A DNA stretch of 57,581 nt from Eubacteriaceae bacterium (lineage in GTDB: Bacteria > Bacillota > Clostridia > Eubacteriales > Garciellaceae), in NCBI GenBank assembly GCA_012838085.1, contig DUPX01000119.1, positions 1-57,581 of the forward strand, given 5' to 3'. Below, in pieces: positions 1-9,174 of this stretch. Position 1 is the stretch's first letter. The number at the start of each line of letters is the position of its first letter. A program made the translations under genes and the position numbers. The notes below the pieces were generated by a model that had not been told where the DNA came from, searched no databases, and saw nothing but the letters and a program-made list of their open reading frames with translations.

Positions 1-306
1 TAATTATACTTTATGTATAATATTAATAAGGACATACTAATTTTTTATGGTGAAAATTTAAACAATTCATATTATTAATTAATCCAAATTACCATTCTAT
101 TGGTAATAATATCAGAATCTTCGTCATGGTTCCTCATAAGTAATAAACAAAAAAATAGGTGCTATATTGTAAATCGTTTATAATAATTAATAACTTTTAT
201 CAGGTATGAAATTAAGGTTACTATTTTATGTTTAAGGGTAGATAATAAATAGTGGATATTATAGTTAACAATGTACATATATAACGGAGAAAGGGGTTTT
301 AGGATA

Positions 307-1641
307 ATGTCAAAAAGATTACTAATTATTGGAGGTGTTGCGGCGGGAATGAGTGCAGCAGCAAAAGCTAGAAGAATTAATCCTCAATTAGAAATTACAG
401 TATATACCCAGGAAGAATATATTTCCTATGCAGGATGTGGACTCCCATATTTTATAGGAGATAAAATTTCAGATAAGAAAAGTTTAATTGCGAGAACTAT
501 AGAAGATTTTGCCACTCAAAATATAATTGTTAATACAAGAACAAAGGTGGAAAAGATAAGAGACAAATCTAAAATATTAATCCTTAAAGATCTTGTTGAT
601 AATAATATGTATGAAGATTATTATGATAAGCTAATAATTGCAACTGGGGCAAGACCTTTCATTCCTCCTATGGAGGGAATAGAATTAGAGGGAATTTTCA
701 CATTGCGAACTATTAATGATAGTTTAGCTATTAAAGATTACCTTAAAAAACGTAAATCTGGAAAAGCAACGATAATTGGTGGTGGCTATATAGGATTGGA
801 GATGGCAGAAAATCTCTATGATAAAGGATGGAAAGTAAGTATAATTGAAAAGGCGCCCCATATAATCCCAAATATGGATGAAGATATGGCGAGTATAGTA
901 ACAGAATATTTAGAAGATAAGGGGATTAAGGTTTATACGGGAATTACAGTAAAAGGCTTTTCTGGGAACGGAGTAGTAAACAAAGTAATCACAGATAAGG
1001 AAGATATAAATACAGACTTTGTATTGCTTTCTATAGGTGTAATACCTAATTCTGAAATTACTAAAGATACAGATATAGAATTAGGCCCAAGAAATGCGAT
1101 ACTGGTCAATAACAAGATGGAAACAAATGTGAAGGATATTTATGCAGCAGGGGATTGTGCAACAACTACCCATTTGATTACTGGTGAAGATGTTTATATA
1201 CCATTAGGTACTACTGCAAATAAACAAGGGAAAACAGCAGGGGAAAATGTTGCCGGCGGTGAAAGCTTTTTTAAAGGTGTATTAGGAACAGGAATTGCTA
1301 GGGTATTAGAAATGGAAATGTCTAGAACTGGACTTAGTGAAAATGAATGTAAAAGATTAGGAATAGACTATGTGGCCAAGCAAATAAAATCCAGAAGTGC
1401 TGCCCACTATTGTCCAGATTCTGGTAGTGCCTATGTAAAACTGATTGCAAACAAACAAAATAATAGGTTAATAGGGGCACAAATCCTTGGGTATAAAGGG
1501 GCAGCTATGAGGATAGGTATGTTAGCTACTGCCATCACTATGAAGGCCACTATAGAGGATCTTATTGATATGGACTTAGCATATTCTCCACCCTTTAGCC
1601 CAGTATGGGATCCAGTCTTAATTGCCCTAAATCAATTTTAA
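307..1641 (+). CDS. CoA-disulfide reductase / NADH oxidase family flavoprotein (single redox-active Cys)
   Basis: N-terminal FAD fingerprint LLIIGGVAAGMSAA. Single-Cys motif YISYAGCGLPYF resembles the CoADR SFANCGLPY motif. Second Rossmann fold TIIGGGYIGLEMAE. I prefer the ATG at 307 (MSKRLL) over the ORF-track start at 271, because an AAGGGG SD lies about 10 nt upstream. Confidence 0.8.
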   Translation: MSKRLLIIGGVAAGMSAAAKARRINPQLEITVYTQEEYISYAGCGLPYFIGDKISDKKSLIARTIEDFATQNIIVNTRTKVEKIRDKSKILILKDLVDNNMYEDYYDKLIIATGARPFIPPMEGIELEGIFTLRTINDSLAIKDYLKKRKSGKATIIGGGYIGLEMAENLYDKGWKVSIIEKAPHIIPNMDEDMASIVTEYLEDKGIKVYTGITVKGFSGNGVVNKVITDKEDINTDFVLLSIGVIPNSEITKDTDIELGPRNAILVNNKMETNVKDIYAAGDCATTTHLITGEDVYIPLGTTANKQGKTAGENVAGGESFFKGVLGTGIARVLEMEMSRTGLSENECKRLGIDYVAKQIKSRSAAHYCPDSGSAYVKLIANKQNNRLIGAQILGYKGAAMRIGMLATAITMKATIEDLIDMDLAYSPPFSPVWDPVLIALNQF

Positions 1642-1977
1642 TTAACTCAATATAATAAAGTAGATATTTATAACTATAAAATCCTTCTAGATAATAATCT
1701 AATACAATAAATACTTTTAGGCATAGGGTAATTATTATATCTAAAATAAAAGGTATTTTATAAATATTGTTGAAATAATACGTTGAATGAAAATATATTG
1801 GAAGTTATGTAATTAAATAGATAAGTATAAAAAATTTTTATTATAATATAAAACTATTGCCTAATAAGTATTGCATAATAATGTCAGTAAAGATACTATA
1901 TAGTTAATAGATTGTCAAAGTTAAATTTATGTAAAACAGAGAAAGTTGCCTCAAATATAAATTTGGGAGGGAAAAAA

Positions 1978-2337
1978 TTGAAGACAAGAGAAATTTGCAA
2001 ATTATTAAATGCAAAAGTACTTGCTGGAGAACATTTACTAGATAATGATATAGAGTCTGCTTTTGGCTCAGATTTAATGAGTGATGTCCTTACCTTCGCT
2101 AATGGTAGAATGGCTCTGTTAACTGGATTAAACAATCCCCAGGTAATTAGAACAGCAGAAATGAGTGATATCCCATTAATTATATTTGTCAGGGGAAGAA
2201 CTCCTTCAGAGGAAGTTGTTAAAATGGCCTCTGAAAGAGACATCTGTATATTGGCAACAGAATTTATTATGTATGAAGCTTGTGGCACTTTATACAAGGC
2301 AGGCCTTCTTCCATGCACTAGACTTTCAAATGTATGA
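1978..2337 (+). CDS. DRTGG domain-containing protein
   Basis: The sequence LLTGLNNPQVIRTAEMSDIPLIIFVRGRTP is typical of DRTGG domains. A TTG start at 1978 follows a GGGAGGG SD; the ORF-track start at 1912 has no SD. Confidence 0.6.
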   Translation: MKTREICKLLNAKVLAGEHLLDNDIESAFGSDLMSDVLTFANGRMALLTGLNNPQVIRTAEMSDIPLIIFVRGRTPSEEVVKMASERDICILATEFIMYEACGTLYKAGLLPCTRLSNV

Positions 2338-2767
2338 TAAGATTTTTGCTGAGTATATATTTACTATTTCACATGGGAACTTTGAAATGGCAGGAAGTGC
2401 TTCCAGTAGTATTAAAAAAATTTTAAAACACATGGAAATGGGTAAGGCTTTTATCAGAAGGGTATGTATTGCTTGTTATGAAGTAGAAATGAATATGGTG
2501 ATACATTCTATAGGAGGAAAGATAAGATTAGAGATCTTACCAAATGGTGTTACCATTATTGCCGAAGATTTTGGTCCAGGTATTCCTGATATTGAAAAAG
2601 CTTTAAAAGATGGATTCTCAACAGCATCTAAGGAAATTATATCTAAAGGTTTTGGAGCAGGAAGAGGATTTTCAAACATAAAGCTTAATTCAGACAGGTT
2701 TAATATTAATTCACAAGTAGGAAAGGGCACTAGACTTGAATTACTTTTTATTTTTAGGAAGGAATAA
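2330..2767 (+). CDS. GHKL/HATPase_c anti-sigma-regulatory-factor-like ATPase (Ser/Thr kinase-like)
   Basis: N-box-like EVEMNMVIH, G1 box DFGPGIPD and G2 box GFGAGRGF. The ATG at 2330 overlaps the upstream TGA (2335..2337) by 8 nt, which suggests translational coupling. Confidence 0.6.
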   Translation: MYDKIFAEYIFTISHGNFEMAGSASSSIKKILKHMEMGKAFIRRVCIACYEVEMNMVIHSIGGKIRLEILPNGVTIIAEDFGPGIPDIEKALKDGFSTASKEIISKGFGAGRGFSNIKLNSDRFNINSQVGKGTRLELLFIFRKE

Positions 2768-2816
2768 TTAATAATTATTTTTATGGGTATTATATCAACA
2801 ATATTTTTTTTAATTA

Positions 2817-3791
2817 TTGGAGGTGCCTAAAATTAAAGAGTATAAAGAAATATATCTAGCAGGGGGTTGCTTTTGGGGAGTAGAGAAATATCTAAATGAA
2901 ATTCCAGGCATTATAGATACAGAAGCAGGTTATGCAAACGGAGATACCGAAAATCCTACCTATAAAGATGTATGTTTTAATGATACTGGCCATGCAGAAA
3001 CAGTTAGGGTAAAGTATGATAGCAAGCTAGTATCTTTAAATCATATATTAAATCTATATTTTGAGATAATAAACCCTACTTCTTTAAATAGGCAAGGCTT
3101 TGATATAGGGAAACAATATAGAACAGGGATTTATTTTACACATTCTGAAGATGAAAAAATAATTAAGTCAGCTATTTCTAGGCTTCAACAAAATTATAAA
3201 AAACCAATCCTAATAGAGGTGTTGCCATTAGACAATTATTACCCTGCGGAAGAAGAACATCAAAAATATTTGGAGAAAAACCCTGGAGGATATTGTCATA
3301 TAGGAAAAGACAGTTTTGAAAGGGCTAGAAAAGCCATAGTGGACCCTATGGATTATACTAGGCCAAATGATGATGTAATTAGAAATACCTTAACAGATTT
3401 GCAATATAGGGTAACAATGGAAGAAGCAACAGAACCACCATTTGATAATGAATATTGGAACGAGTTTTCCCCAGGTATTTATGTGGATATAGTAAGTGGA
3501 GAACCACTTTTTTCATCTAAGGATAAATTTCATTCTTCCTGTGGTTGGCCTAGTTTTGCAAAGACCATAGACCCCTCTGTTATTAATACAAGAAAAGATT
3601 TATCTTATGGGATGATGAGGGAAGAAGTTAGAAGTCGAGTAGGGGATATACATTTAGGCCATATTTTTAATGATGGTCCTCAGGAGTTAGGAGGACTTCG
3701 CTATTGTATTAATTCTGCCTCCATACGCTTTATACCTAAAGATAAGATGGAAGAAGAAGGCTACGGAAAGTACATTTCTTTAGTAGAATAA
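2817..3791 (+). CDS. msrAB: Bifunctional peptide methionine sulfoxide reductase MsrA/MsrB
   Basis: MsrA motif [10 protein letters not shown]. MsrB motifs CGWPSF and [11 protein letters not shown]. The start codon is uncertain (TTG 2817, GTG 2823 or in-frame ATT 2832; see findings). Confidence 0.9.
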   Translation: MEVPKIKEYKEIYLAGGCFWGVEKYLNEIPGIIDTEAGYANGDTENPTYKDVCFNDTGHAETVRVKYDSKLVSLNHILNLYFEIINPTSLNRQGFDIGKQYRTGIYFTHSEDEKIIKSAISRLQQNYKKPILIEVLPLDNYYPAEEEHQKYLEKNPGGYCHIGKDSFERARKAIVDPMDYTRPNDDVIRNTLTDLQYRVTMEEATEPPFDNEYWNEFSPGIYVDIVSGEPLFSSKDKFHSSCGWPSFAKTIDPSVINTRKDLSYGMMREEVRSRVGDIHLGHIFNDGPQELGGLRYCINSASIRFIPKDKMEEEGYGKYISLVE

Positions 3792-3806
3792 TAAATCCAT
3801 AATTTA

Positions 3807-3835
3807 AAGGGACTACTTTTTATTAGCAGTCCCTT
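3807..3835. terminator. Hairpin terminator between convergent msrAB and the grx-like gene
   Basis: AAGGGACT (3807..3814) pairs with AGTCCCTT (3828..3835). T-rich sequence follows on both strands. Confidence 0.6.
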
Positions 3836-3867
3836 GTTTAATTTTATATTTTAGGATTAACTCTCAA

Positions 3868-4098
3868 CTATAAATTTAAAAATCTATCTATATTTTGCTG
3901 GTCAAAACCTATAATGATATTTCCTTCAATATCTACTACAGGAACACCACGTTGACCTGATTTTGTGATCATTTCCATTGCCTTATCTCTATCAGAAGAT
4001 ACATCATAGTCTACAAAGTCAACATTCTTGGAACTTAAATATTCTTTTACCCTGGTACACCAAGGACAAGTCGGTGTACTATATACTTTTACAGTCAT
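3868..4098 (-). CDS. Glutaredoxin-like protein (YruB/NrdH-like, CPWC active site)
   Basis: 76 aa with a TPTCPWCTRVKEYL thioredoxin-fold motif. An AGGAGG SD lies inside the last codons of the upstream gene, and the ATG directly follows that gene's TAA. Confidence 0.85.
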   Translation of the reverse strand: MTVKVYSTPTCPWCTRVKEYLSSKNVDFVDYDVSSDRDKAMEMITKSGQRGVPVVDIEGNIIIGFDQQNIDRFLNL

Positions 4099-4983
4099 TT
4101 AAATTTCCTCCTTTAATTTTTTTATATATTCTATAGCACTTTTCCCAGCTAAGGCCCCTTGGCCAACTGCTGTTGAAATTTGCTTAAAACCGCCGGTACA
4201 ATCTCCTGCTGCATATAAACCATCAATATTTGTCTTTTGGTTATCATCCACTTGAATCGCATTATCTTGTATCATTATTCCTAACTTACGGGCAAAATCT
4301 ACCGAAGATGCGGTGCCATAGGCTATAAATACTCCGTCAACATTTTCCTCAGATTGGTCATCAAAGGAAATTTTTTTTATCATTTGTTCTCCCTCAAAAG
4401 AATAGATTTTCTTTGTTATTATAGGTATATTCTGCTCTTTAAGAAATTTTTGATTTATAGTGTTAATATCTAATTCCTGGTTATTTGTATAAAGAGTGAT
4501 ATTGTTTGTATAGTTTTGCATTTCCTTTAATTCTTGTATTGCATAATCAGTATAGCCTATTATTCCAACTTTTAATCCTTCATAGAAAAAACCATCACAG
4601 GTTGAACAATAATGTATGCCTTTACCTTCTAAGTAATTTATATTTTTTATAGGGATTTTTTTTGAAGGTTGACCGGTAGCAATAATAACTGCTTTGCTTT
4701 TATAGGTATTATTATCAGTGATAACCTCAAAGGTAGAATTTTTTCTAATACTAACAGCTATTTCTTTTTTAAATTCTACACCAACAGCTTTTCCCTGTTG
4801 AACACCAATGGCGATTAATTCTTCACCGGTTTGGCTTGGGGCACAACAATAATTATCTATTCTAGTAGATTTCTCTATAACACTATCCTTTCCTATAACT
4901 AGGGTTTTTAGTTTTGCCCTAGCAGTATAAAGTGCAGCCTGCAGACCTGCAGGACCTTTTCCAATAATAATAACATCATACAT
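4099..4983 (-). CDS. Thioredoxin-reductase-like FAD flavoprotein (CSTC redox centre, atypical second nucleotide site)
   Basis: FAD motif VIIIGKGPAGLQAA, redox motif HYCSTCDGFF and C-terminal motif LYAAGDCTGG. I prefer the start at MYDVIII (4983), which has an AAGGGTGA SD; the ORF-track N-terminal extension has none. Confidence 0.8.
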   Translation of the reverse strand: MYDVIIIGKGPAGLQAALYTARAKLKTLVIGKDSVIEKSTRIDNYCCAPSQTGEELIAIGVQQGKAVGVEFKKEIAVSIRKNSTFEVITDNNTYKSKAVIIATGQPSKKIPIKNINYLEGKGIHYCSTCDGFFYEGLKVGIIGYTDYAIQELKEMQNYTNNITLYTNNQELDINTINQKFLKEQNIPIITKKIYSFEGEQMIKKISFDDQSEENVDGVFIAYGTASSVDFARKLGIMIQDNAIQVDDNQKTNIDGLYAAGDCTGGFKQISTAVGQGALAGKSAIEYIKKLKEEI

Positions 4984-5212
4984 TAATAAATCACCCTTAC
5001 TCATATAATAAATATTAATATAATAAATCCATATCATATTATACCCTATATGGGTATAATAAAACATTTATTAATATTTGTCAAATATTTATAAAGAAAA
5101 ATAGTTTTATTGTAATATAGTTAATATTAGTATATAATTCTTTGGAGATTAATAGATTAAATTTTCTTTAATGGGAAATGATAAATAATAAATAAGAGAG
5201 AGGCATTTAATT

Positions 5213-6805
5213 ATGAAAAGAATTAAGTTTGAAGAATTAAATATTTGTAATGATATAAAGAAAGCAATAGCTGATCTAGGTTTTGAGGAACCAACTCCTA
5301 TACAATCAAGTTCTATACCTTATATATTAGATGGGAGAGATGTTACTGGTCAAGCTCAGACAGGGACTGGTAAAACTGCTGCATTTGGTATTCCAATTAT
5401 AGAAAGGGTTAAGAATGAAATAGAAAAGGGTCTACAGGTATTAGTTTTATGTCCTACTAGAGAGTTAGCTATACAGGTTTCTCAGGAACTGACTATGTTA
5501 TCTAAATATATAAAAGGAATTAAGACTCTACCTATATATGGGGGACAGCCTATAGAAAGACAAATAGGGGCATTAAAAAAAGGTGTACAAATTGTAATTG
5601 GTACTCCTGGTCGTATAATGGATCATATGAGAAGAAAAACACTTAAATTAAATAATCTTAAAATGGTAGTTTTAGATGAAGCAGATGAAATGTTAAATAT
5701 GGGTTTTAGGGAAGATATTGAAACTATTTTAAAGGATACACCCTCCGATAGACAAACTATATTATTTTCCGCCACTCTATCAGCGGACATTTTAGAGATT
5801 GCAAAAACTTATCAAAAAGATAGTAAGATGATTAAGGTAGTACAAAAAAAACTTACGGTGCCCAATACCCAACAATATTATTATGAAGTAAAACGTGCTA
5901 ATAAATTTGAAATTCTTACCCGCTTAATCGATATAAACAATCCCAGATTATCATTAGTATTTTGTAATACAAAAAAGAGAGTTGATGAAATAGTAGAACA
6001 ACTTCAAGGTAGGGGATATTTTGCCGATGGACTTCATGGAGATTTAAAGCAAAGACAAAGAGATCAGGTAATGGATAAGTTCAGAAATGGCAGTATAGAT
6101 ATTTTAGTTGCTACTGATGTCGCGGCAAGGGGAATAGATGTAGATAATGTGGATGCAGTTTTTAATTATGATGTACCTCAAGATGACGAATATTATGTTC
6201 ATAGAATAGGGCGAACTGGTAGGGCAGGACGATCAGGTAAAGCCTTCACATTAGTAGTGGGCAGGGAAATATATAAATTAAAGGACATTCAAAGATACAC
6301 TAATACTAAAATAAAACTTCAAAAAGTTCCTAGCCATAGGGATGTAGAAGAAATAAAAGCATCTATGCTTATAGAAGAAGTTAAGAAGATTATAGAGGAA
6401 AATAAACTTGGTAAGGAAAGAAGGATAATTGATAAATTGTTGGAAGAAGATTATACTTCTATGGATATAGCTGTTGCATTATTAAAAATGGTTTTAGGTA
6501 AACAAAGCAATTCTGAAGAAATTTTAGAAGATTCGGATTCAAGAGAAAAGAGTGGGAAAACCGATATGGTAAGATTTTTTATCAATATCGGGAAAAATCA
6601 AAAAATTCGACCGAGAGATATTGTTGGGGCAATAGCAGGAGATACTGGTATACCTGGTAATCTTATTGGTGCTATAGATATTTATGAGAAATTTACATTT
6701 GTGGAAGTGCCAAAAGAATATACTAAAAGATTATTACAGGGAATGAAAAAAAGTAGCATTCGAGGAAAAACTATTAATATTGAGAAAGCAAATAGAAGAA
6801 AATAA
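5213..6805 (+). CDS. DEAD-box ATP-dependent RNA helicase with C-terminal DbpA-type RNA-binding domain
   Basis: Q-motif region, Walker A AQTGTGKT, DEAD, SAT and HRIGRTGRAG. The C-terminal region VRFFINIGKNQKIRPRDIVGAI is DbpA-like. Confidence 0.9.
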   Translation: MKRIKFEELNICNDIKKAIADLGFEEPTPIQSSSIPYILDGRDVTGQAQTGTGKTAAFGIPIIERVKNEIEKGLQVLVLCPTRELAIQVSQELTMLSKYIKGIKTLPIYGGQPIERQIGALKKGVQIVIGTPGRIMDHMRRKTLKLNNLKMVVLDEADEMLNMGFREDIETILKDTPSDRQTILFSATLSADILEIAKTYQKDSKMIKVVQKKLTVPNTQQYYYEVKRANKFEILTRLIDINNPRLSLVFCNTKKRVDEIVEQLQGRGYFADGLHGDLKQRQRDQVMDKFRNGSIDILVATDVAARGIDVDNVDAVFNYDVPQDDEYYVHRIGRTGRAGRSGKAFTLVVGREIYKLKDIQRYTNTKIKLQKVPSHRDVEEIKASMLIEEVKKIIEENKLGKERRIIDKLLEEDYTSMDIAVALLKMVLGKQSNSEEILEDSDSREKSGKTDMVRFFINIGKNQKIRPRDIVGAIAGDTGIPGNLIGAIDIYEKFTFVEVPKEYTKRLLQGMKKSSIRGKTINIEKANRRK

Positions 6806-6978
6806 TCACGTTAGTTATGTATGTTATGTAAACAAGCTGTAAATATTTATGTAAAGATGGTTATTTTCTTAATGTGTATAAATTTATATGTTATATTAAG
6901 TATAGAAATAGAAAAAAATGCAAAAATAGATAAAGTAAGTTAGAAGTGGAAATATGCTATAAAAAAGGAGTGTAATTC

Positions 6979-7191
6979 ATGGATTGCCCAGTTTGTTCAA
7001 ATAAAGATATAGGAAAAATAGGCAGAAGTAAATATTTTTGCTCGAATTGTTTTTCAGAGGTTTCTATCAATAAAAATAAATTAAATATATTTGAGATTGA
7101 TGAGAATGGAAGTTTGGTTAAAACCTATGAAAAGTTCCTAAAGGATATTTTAATACCCTCAAAACAATTACAAGAGAAGTATAATATTTAA
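6979..7191 (+). CDS. Small zinc-ribbon protein (hypothetical)
   Basis: CPVC...CSNC pair in the first 25 aa. An AAGGAG SD lies 7 nt upstream of the ATG. Confidence 0.5.
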   Translation: MDCPVCSNKDIGKIGRSKYFCSNCFSEVSINKNKLNIFEIDENGSLVKTYEKFLKDILIPSKQLQEKYNI

Positions 7192-7267
7192 AGAAGTATA
7201 AATAGTATAAACTAACATAAATTTTGCTACTATAGTAATTCTTAATTTTATATGCTATACTAGTATA

Positions 7268-7466
7268 AAACCTAGGGTGTGCGTATAATCTGTATTTTCA
7301 ACCGACAGTGTACATCAGGGAGCCTGAGTTTTTTCATCTATGTTAAGCCTTTTTAAGGAAAACAGAAATGAAGAATAGGGCACCCACCTGCCTGAGAGCG
7401 GGGATGAAAATTACGGAGAAACGGCATCACTGGGAATTGCCATCTCCCTATGTGGGGATGGCTTTT
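7268..7466 (+). promoter_or_regulatory. Unclassified structured 5' leader with terminator/antiterminator switch upstream of HPr
   Basis: Extended -10 TGcTATACT at 7253..7261. The patch is locally GC-rich within AT-rich DNA. GGGGATG occurs twice (7400..7406 and 7454..7460), and both copies are complementary to CATCTCC (7441..7447). The terminator is followed by TTTT. Confidence 0.55.
7439..7466 (+). terminator. Intrinsic terminator of the HPr leader
   Basis: GCCATCTCC pairs with GGGGATGGC (9 bp including one GU), with a 6-nt loop and then TTTT. It lies 25 nt upstream of the HPr ATG. Confidence 0.6.
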
Positions 7467-7491
7467 GGTTCTAAATGAAAGGGTGGACAAA

Positions 7492-7758
7492 ATGATTTCA
7501 AAAGAAGTAATTCTAAAAAATAAAACTACCTTACATGCCAGATCAGCTTCAAATTTTGTACAACTTGCTAATAATTACAAAAGTGAGATATATATCCAAA
7601 AAGGTAATACAAAAATTGATGCAAAGAGTATAATAGGAGTTTTAACCCTTGGTGCCAGTGAGGGAGCTAAGATTACTATAATTGCAGATGGTAAGGACGA
7701 AGAAGAGGCAGTTAAGGTTTTATCAGAGTTAATTGAATCAGAAAATGTAGGATATTAA
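7492..7758 (+). CDS. ptsH: Phosphocarrier protein HPr
   Basis: 88 aa. The His15 context is TLHARSAS and the Ser46 context is AKSIIGV. An AAAGGGTGGA SD precedes the ATG at 7492. Confidence 0.85.
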   Translation: MISKEVILKNKTTLHARSASNFVQLANNYKSEIYIQKGNTKIDAKSIIGVLTLGASEGAKITIIADGKDEEEAVKVLSELIESENVGY

Positions 7759-7790
7759 AAATGCTTGTTTTCAAAACAAGCATTTTTAAA
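7757..7790. terminator. Bidirectional terminator between HPr and fprA
   Basis: AAAATGCTTGTTTT pairs with AAAACAAGCATTTT as a perfect hairpin, with A/T runs on both sides. Confidence 0.8.
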
Positions 7791-7794
7791 ATAA

Positions 7795-8985
7795 TTATTT
7801 TATTTCATTACCAATATTTCTACCAAATTCATAACATTCTTCCACGGCTTCTTCATTAGGATTCCATGAAGCTCTAATTCCTTCATTCATAATTTCAAAA
7901 CCTGCTTTATTTAGTTCATCAGTAATCATTTTAACCTGCTCACCGCTCCAACCATAAGAACCAAAGGCAGCCGCTTTTTTATTTTTAAATTTTAGTCCCC
8001 TGATAGATTCTAGAATTCCTGCAATAGAGTTTAAATAACCGCTATTAATTGTTGGTGATCCAACTAATATAGCTTTGGACCTAAATACATCTGTAAGTAT
8101 TTCATTCTTATCAGTTTTTGCCGCATTGTGCAATATGATATTCACATCTTTATTTACTTCTTTTATTCCCTTAGTTATAGCTTCAGCCATTTTTCTAGTA
8201 CTATTCCACATAGTGTCATAGATAATGGTTATTTGGTTTTCCTGGTAATCATTAGCCCATTCCATATATTTATTTACAATCTGTAGTGGGTCTTCCCTCC
8301 AAATAACACCATGGCTGGTACAAATCATATCTACAGGTACATTTAGGTTTATTACTTCTTTAATTTTGTTTTCCACTAATTTACTGAAAGGAGTAAGTAT
8401 ATTTGCATAGTATTTAATAGCTTGCTGGTATAATTCAGCCTGGTCAACTAGATCATTAAACATGAATTCTGATGCATAGTGCTGACCAAAAGCATCATTA
8501 CTAAAGAGAATATTATCTCCAGTCAGATAACAGAACATACTATCAGGCCAGTGAAGCATTCTAGCTTCTATAAAGATAAGTTCTTTTTTCCCAAGATTTA
8601 GAGTATCTCCAGTCTTAATTGTTTTAAAATTCCAGTCTTGGTGGTATTGACCTTTTAAAGATTTTATAGCATTAGGGGTACAATAAATAGGAGTATCAGG
8701 GATTTCCTTCATTAATTCCGGTAATGCACCACTATGATCAACTTCCCCATGATTTGCTATTATATAGTCAATTTCATTTAAGTCTATTTCCTTTTTTAAG
8801 TTGGCAACAAATTCTTTTGCAAAAGGTTCCCAAACGGTATCGATTAATACTGTTTTTTCATCCCTTACTAGATAGGAATTATAGGTTGATCCTTTATATG
8901 TAGAATATTCAGCACCATGGAAGCTTCTTAATTCCCAATCAATTTTACCTACCCAAGTAACATTATCATTTACCATAAAGCTCAT
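7795..8985 (-). CDS. fprA: Flavodiiron protein (FprA, rubredoxin:oxygen/NO oxidoreductase type)
   Basis: Metallo-beta-lactamase-like di-iron motif [13 protein letters not shown] plus a C-terminal flavodoxin domain ([19 protein letters not shown]). Confidence 0.85.
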   Translation of the reverse strand: MSFMVNDNVTWVGKIDWELRSFHGAEYSTYKGSTYNSYLVRDEKTVLIDTVWEPFAKEFVANLKKEIDLNEIDYIIANHGEVDHSGALPELMKEIPDTPIYCTPNAIKSLKGQYHQDWNFKTIKTGDTLNLGKKELIFIEARMLHWPDSMFCYLTGDNILFSNDAFGQHYASEFMFNDLVDQAELYQQAIKYYANILTPFSKLVENKIKEVINLNVPVDMICTSHGVIWREDPLQIVNKYMEWANDYQENQITIIYDTMWNSTRKMAEAITKGIKEVNKDVNIILHNAAKTDKNEILTDVFRSKAILVGSPTINSGYLNSIAGILESIRGLKFKNKKAAAFGSYGWSGEQVKMITDELNKAGFEIMNEGIRASWNPNEEAVEECYEFGRNIGNEIK

Positions 8986-9174
8986 TTTTTCTCCTCCTTA
9001 TAATATAATTTATTAATAGCCGTTATTTATTTATAGTATACATTTTTTTTACCCCAAAATTATATTAGATAAACAAAGTAAAAGGTTAAGATTCTTACAT
9101 ATTAAAGTCTGCTTTGATGTAACCTTAATTATGGTATAAAATATAAACAATAATATTACAAGGAGAAAGATTGA

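Noticed and set aside
1896-2318. 140-aa minus-strand ORF antisense to the DRTGG gene
   Set aside because: It lies almost entirely within a plus-strand gene that has recognisable domain motifs. It has no SD and a low-complexity composition, so it looks like a shadow ORF.
2868-2870. Possible selenocysteine-containing MsrA, as reported for some Clostridia
   Set aside because: The catalytic residue in GGCFWG is encoded by an ordinary TGC Cys codon. There is no in-frame TGA.
7268-7466. Attempts to assign the HPr leader to a known class: T-box, BglG/LicT RAT, TPP (CTGAGA), ykkC (CTAGGGT...GAGAG), cobalamin (ACCTGCC, CACTGG), c-di-AMP ydaO (CCGACAG) or 6S RNA
   Set aside because: Only isolated 5-8-nt resemblances were found, and they are in the wrong order or spacing. 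There is no T-box GGGTGGNACC, no RAT UUACUG...CAGGCA, and the 5' and 3' ends do not form the long closing stem expected of 6S RNA. I left it unclassified.
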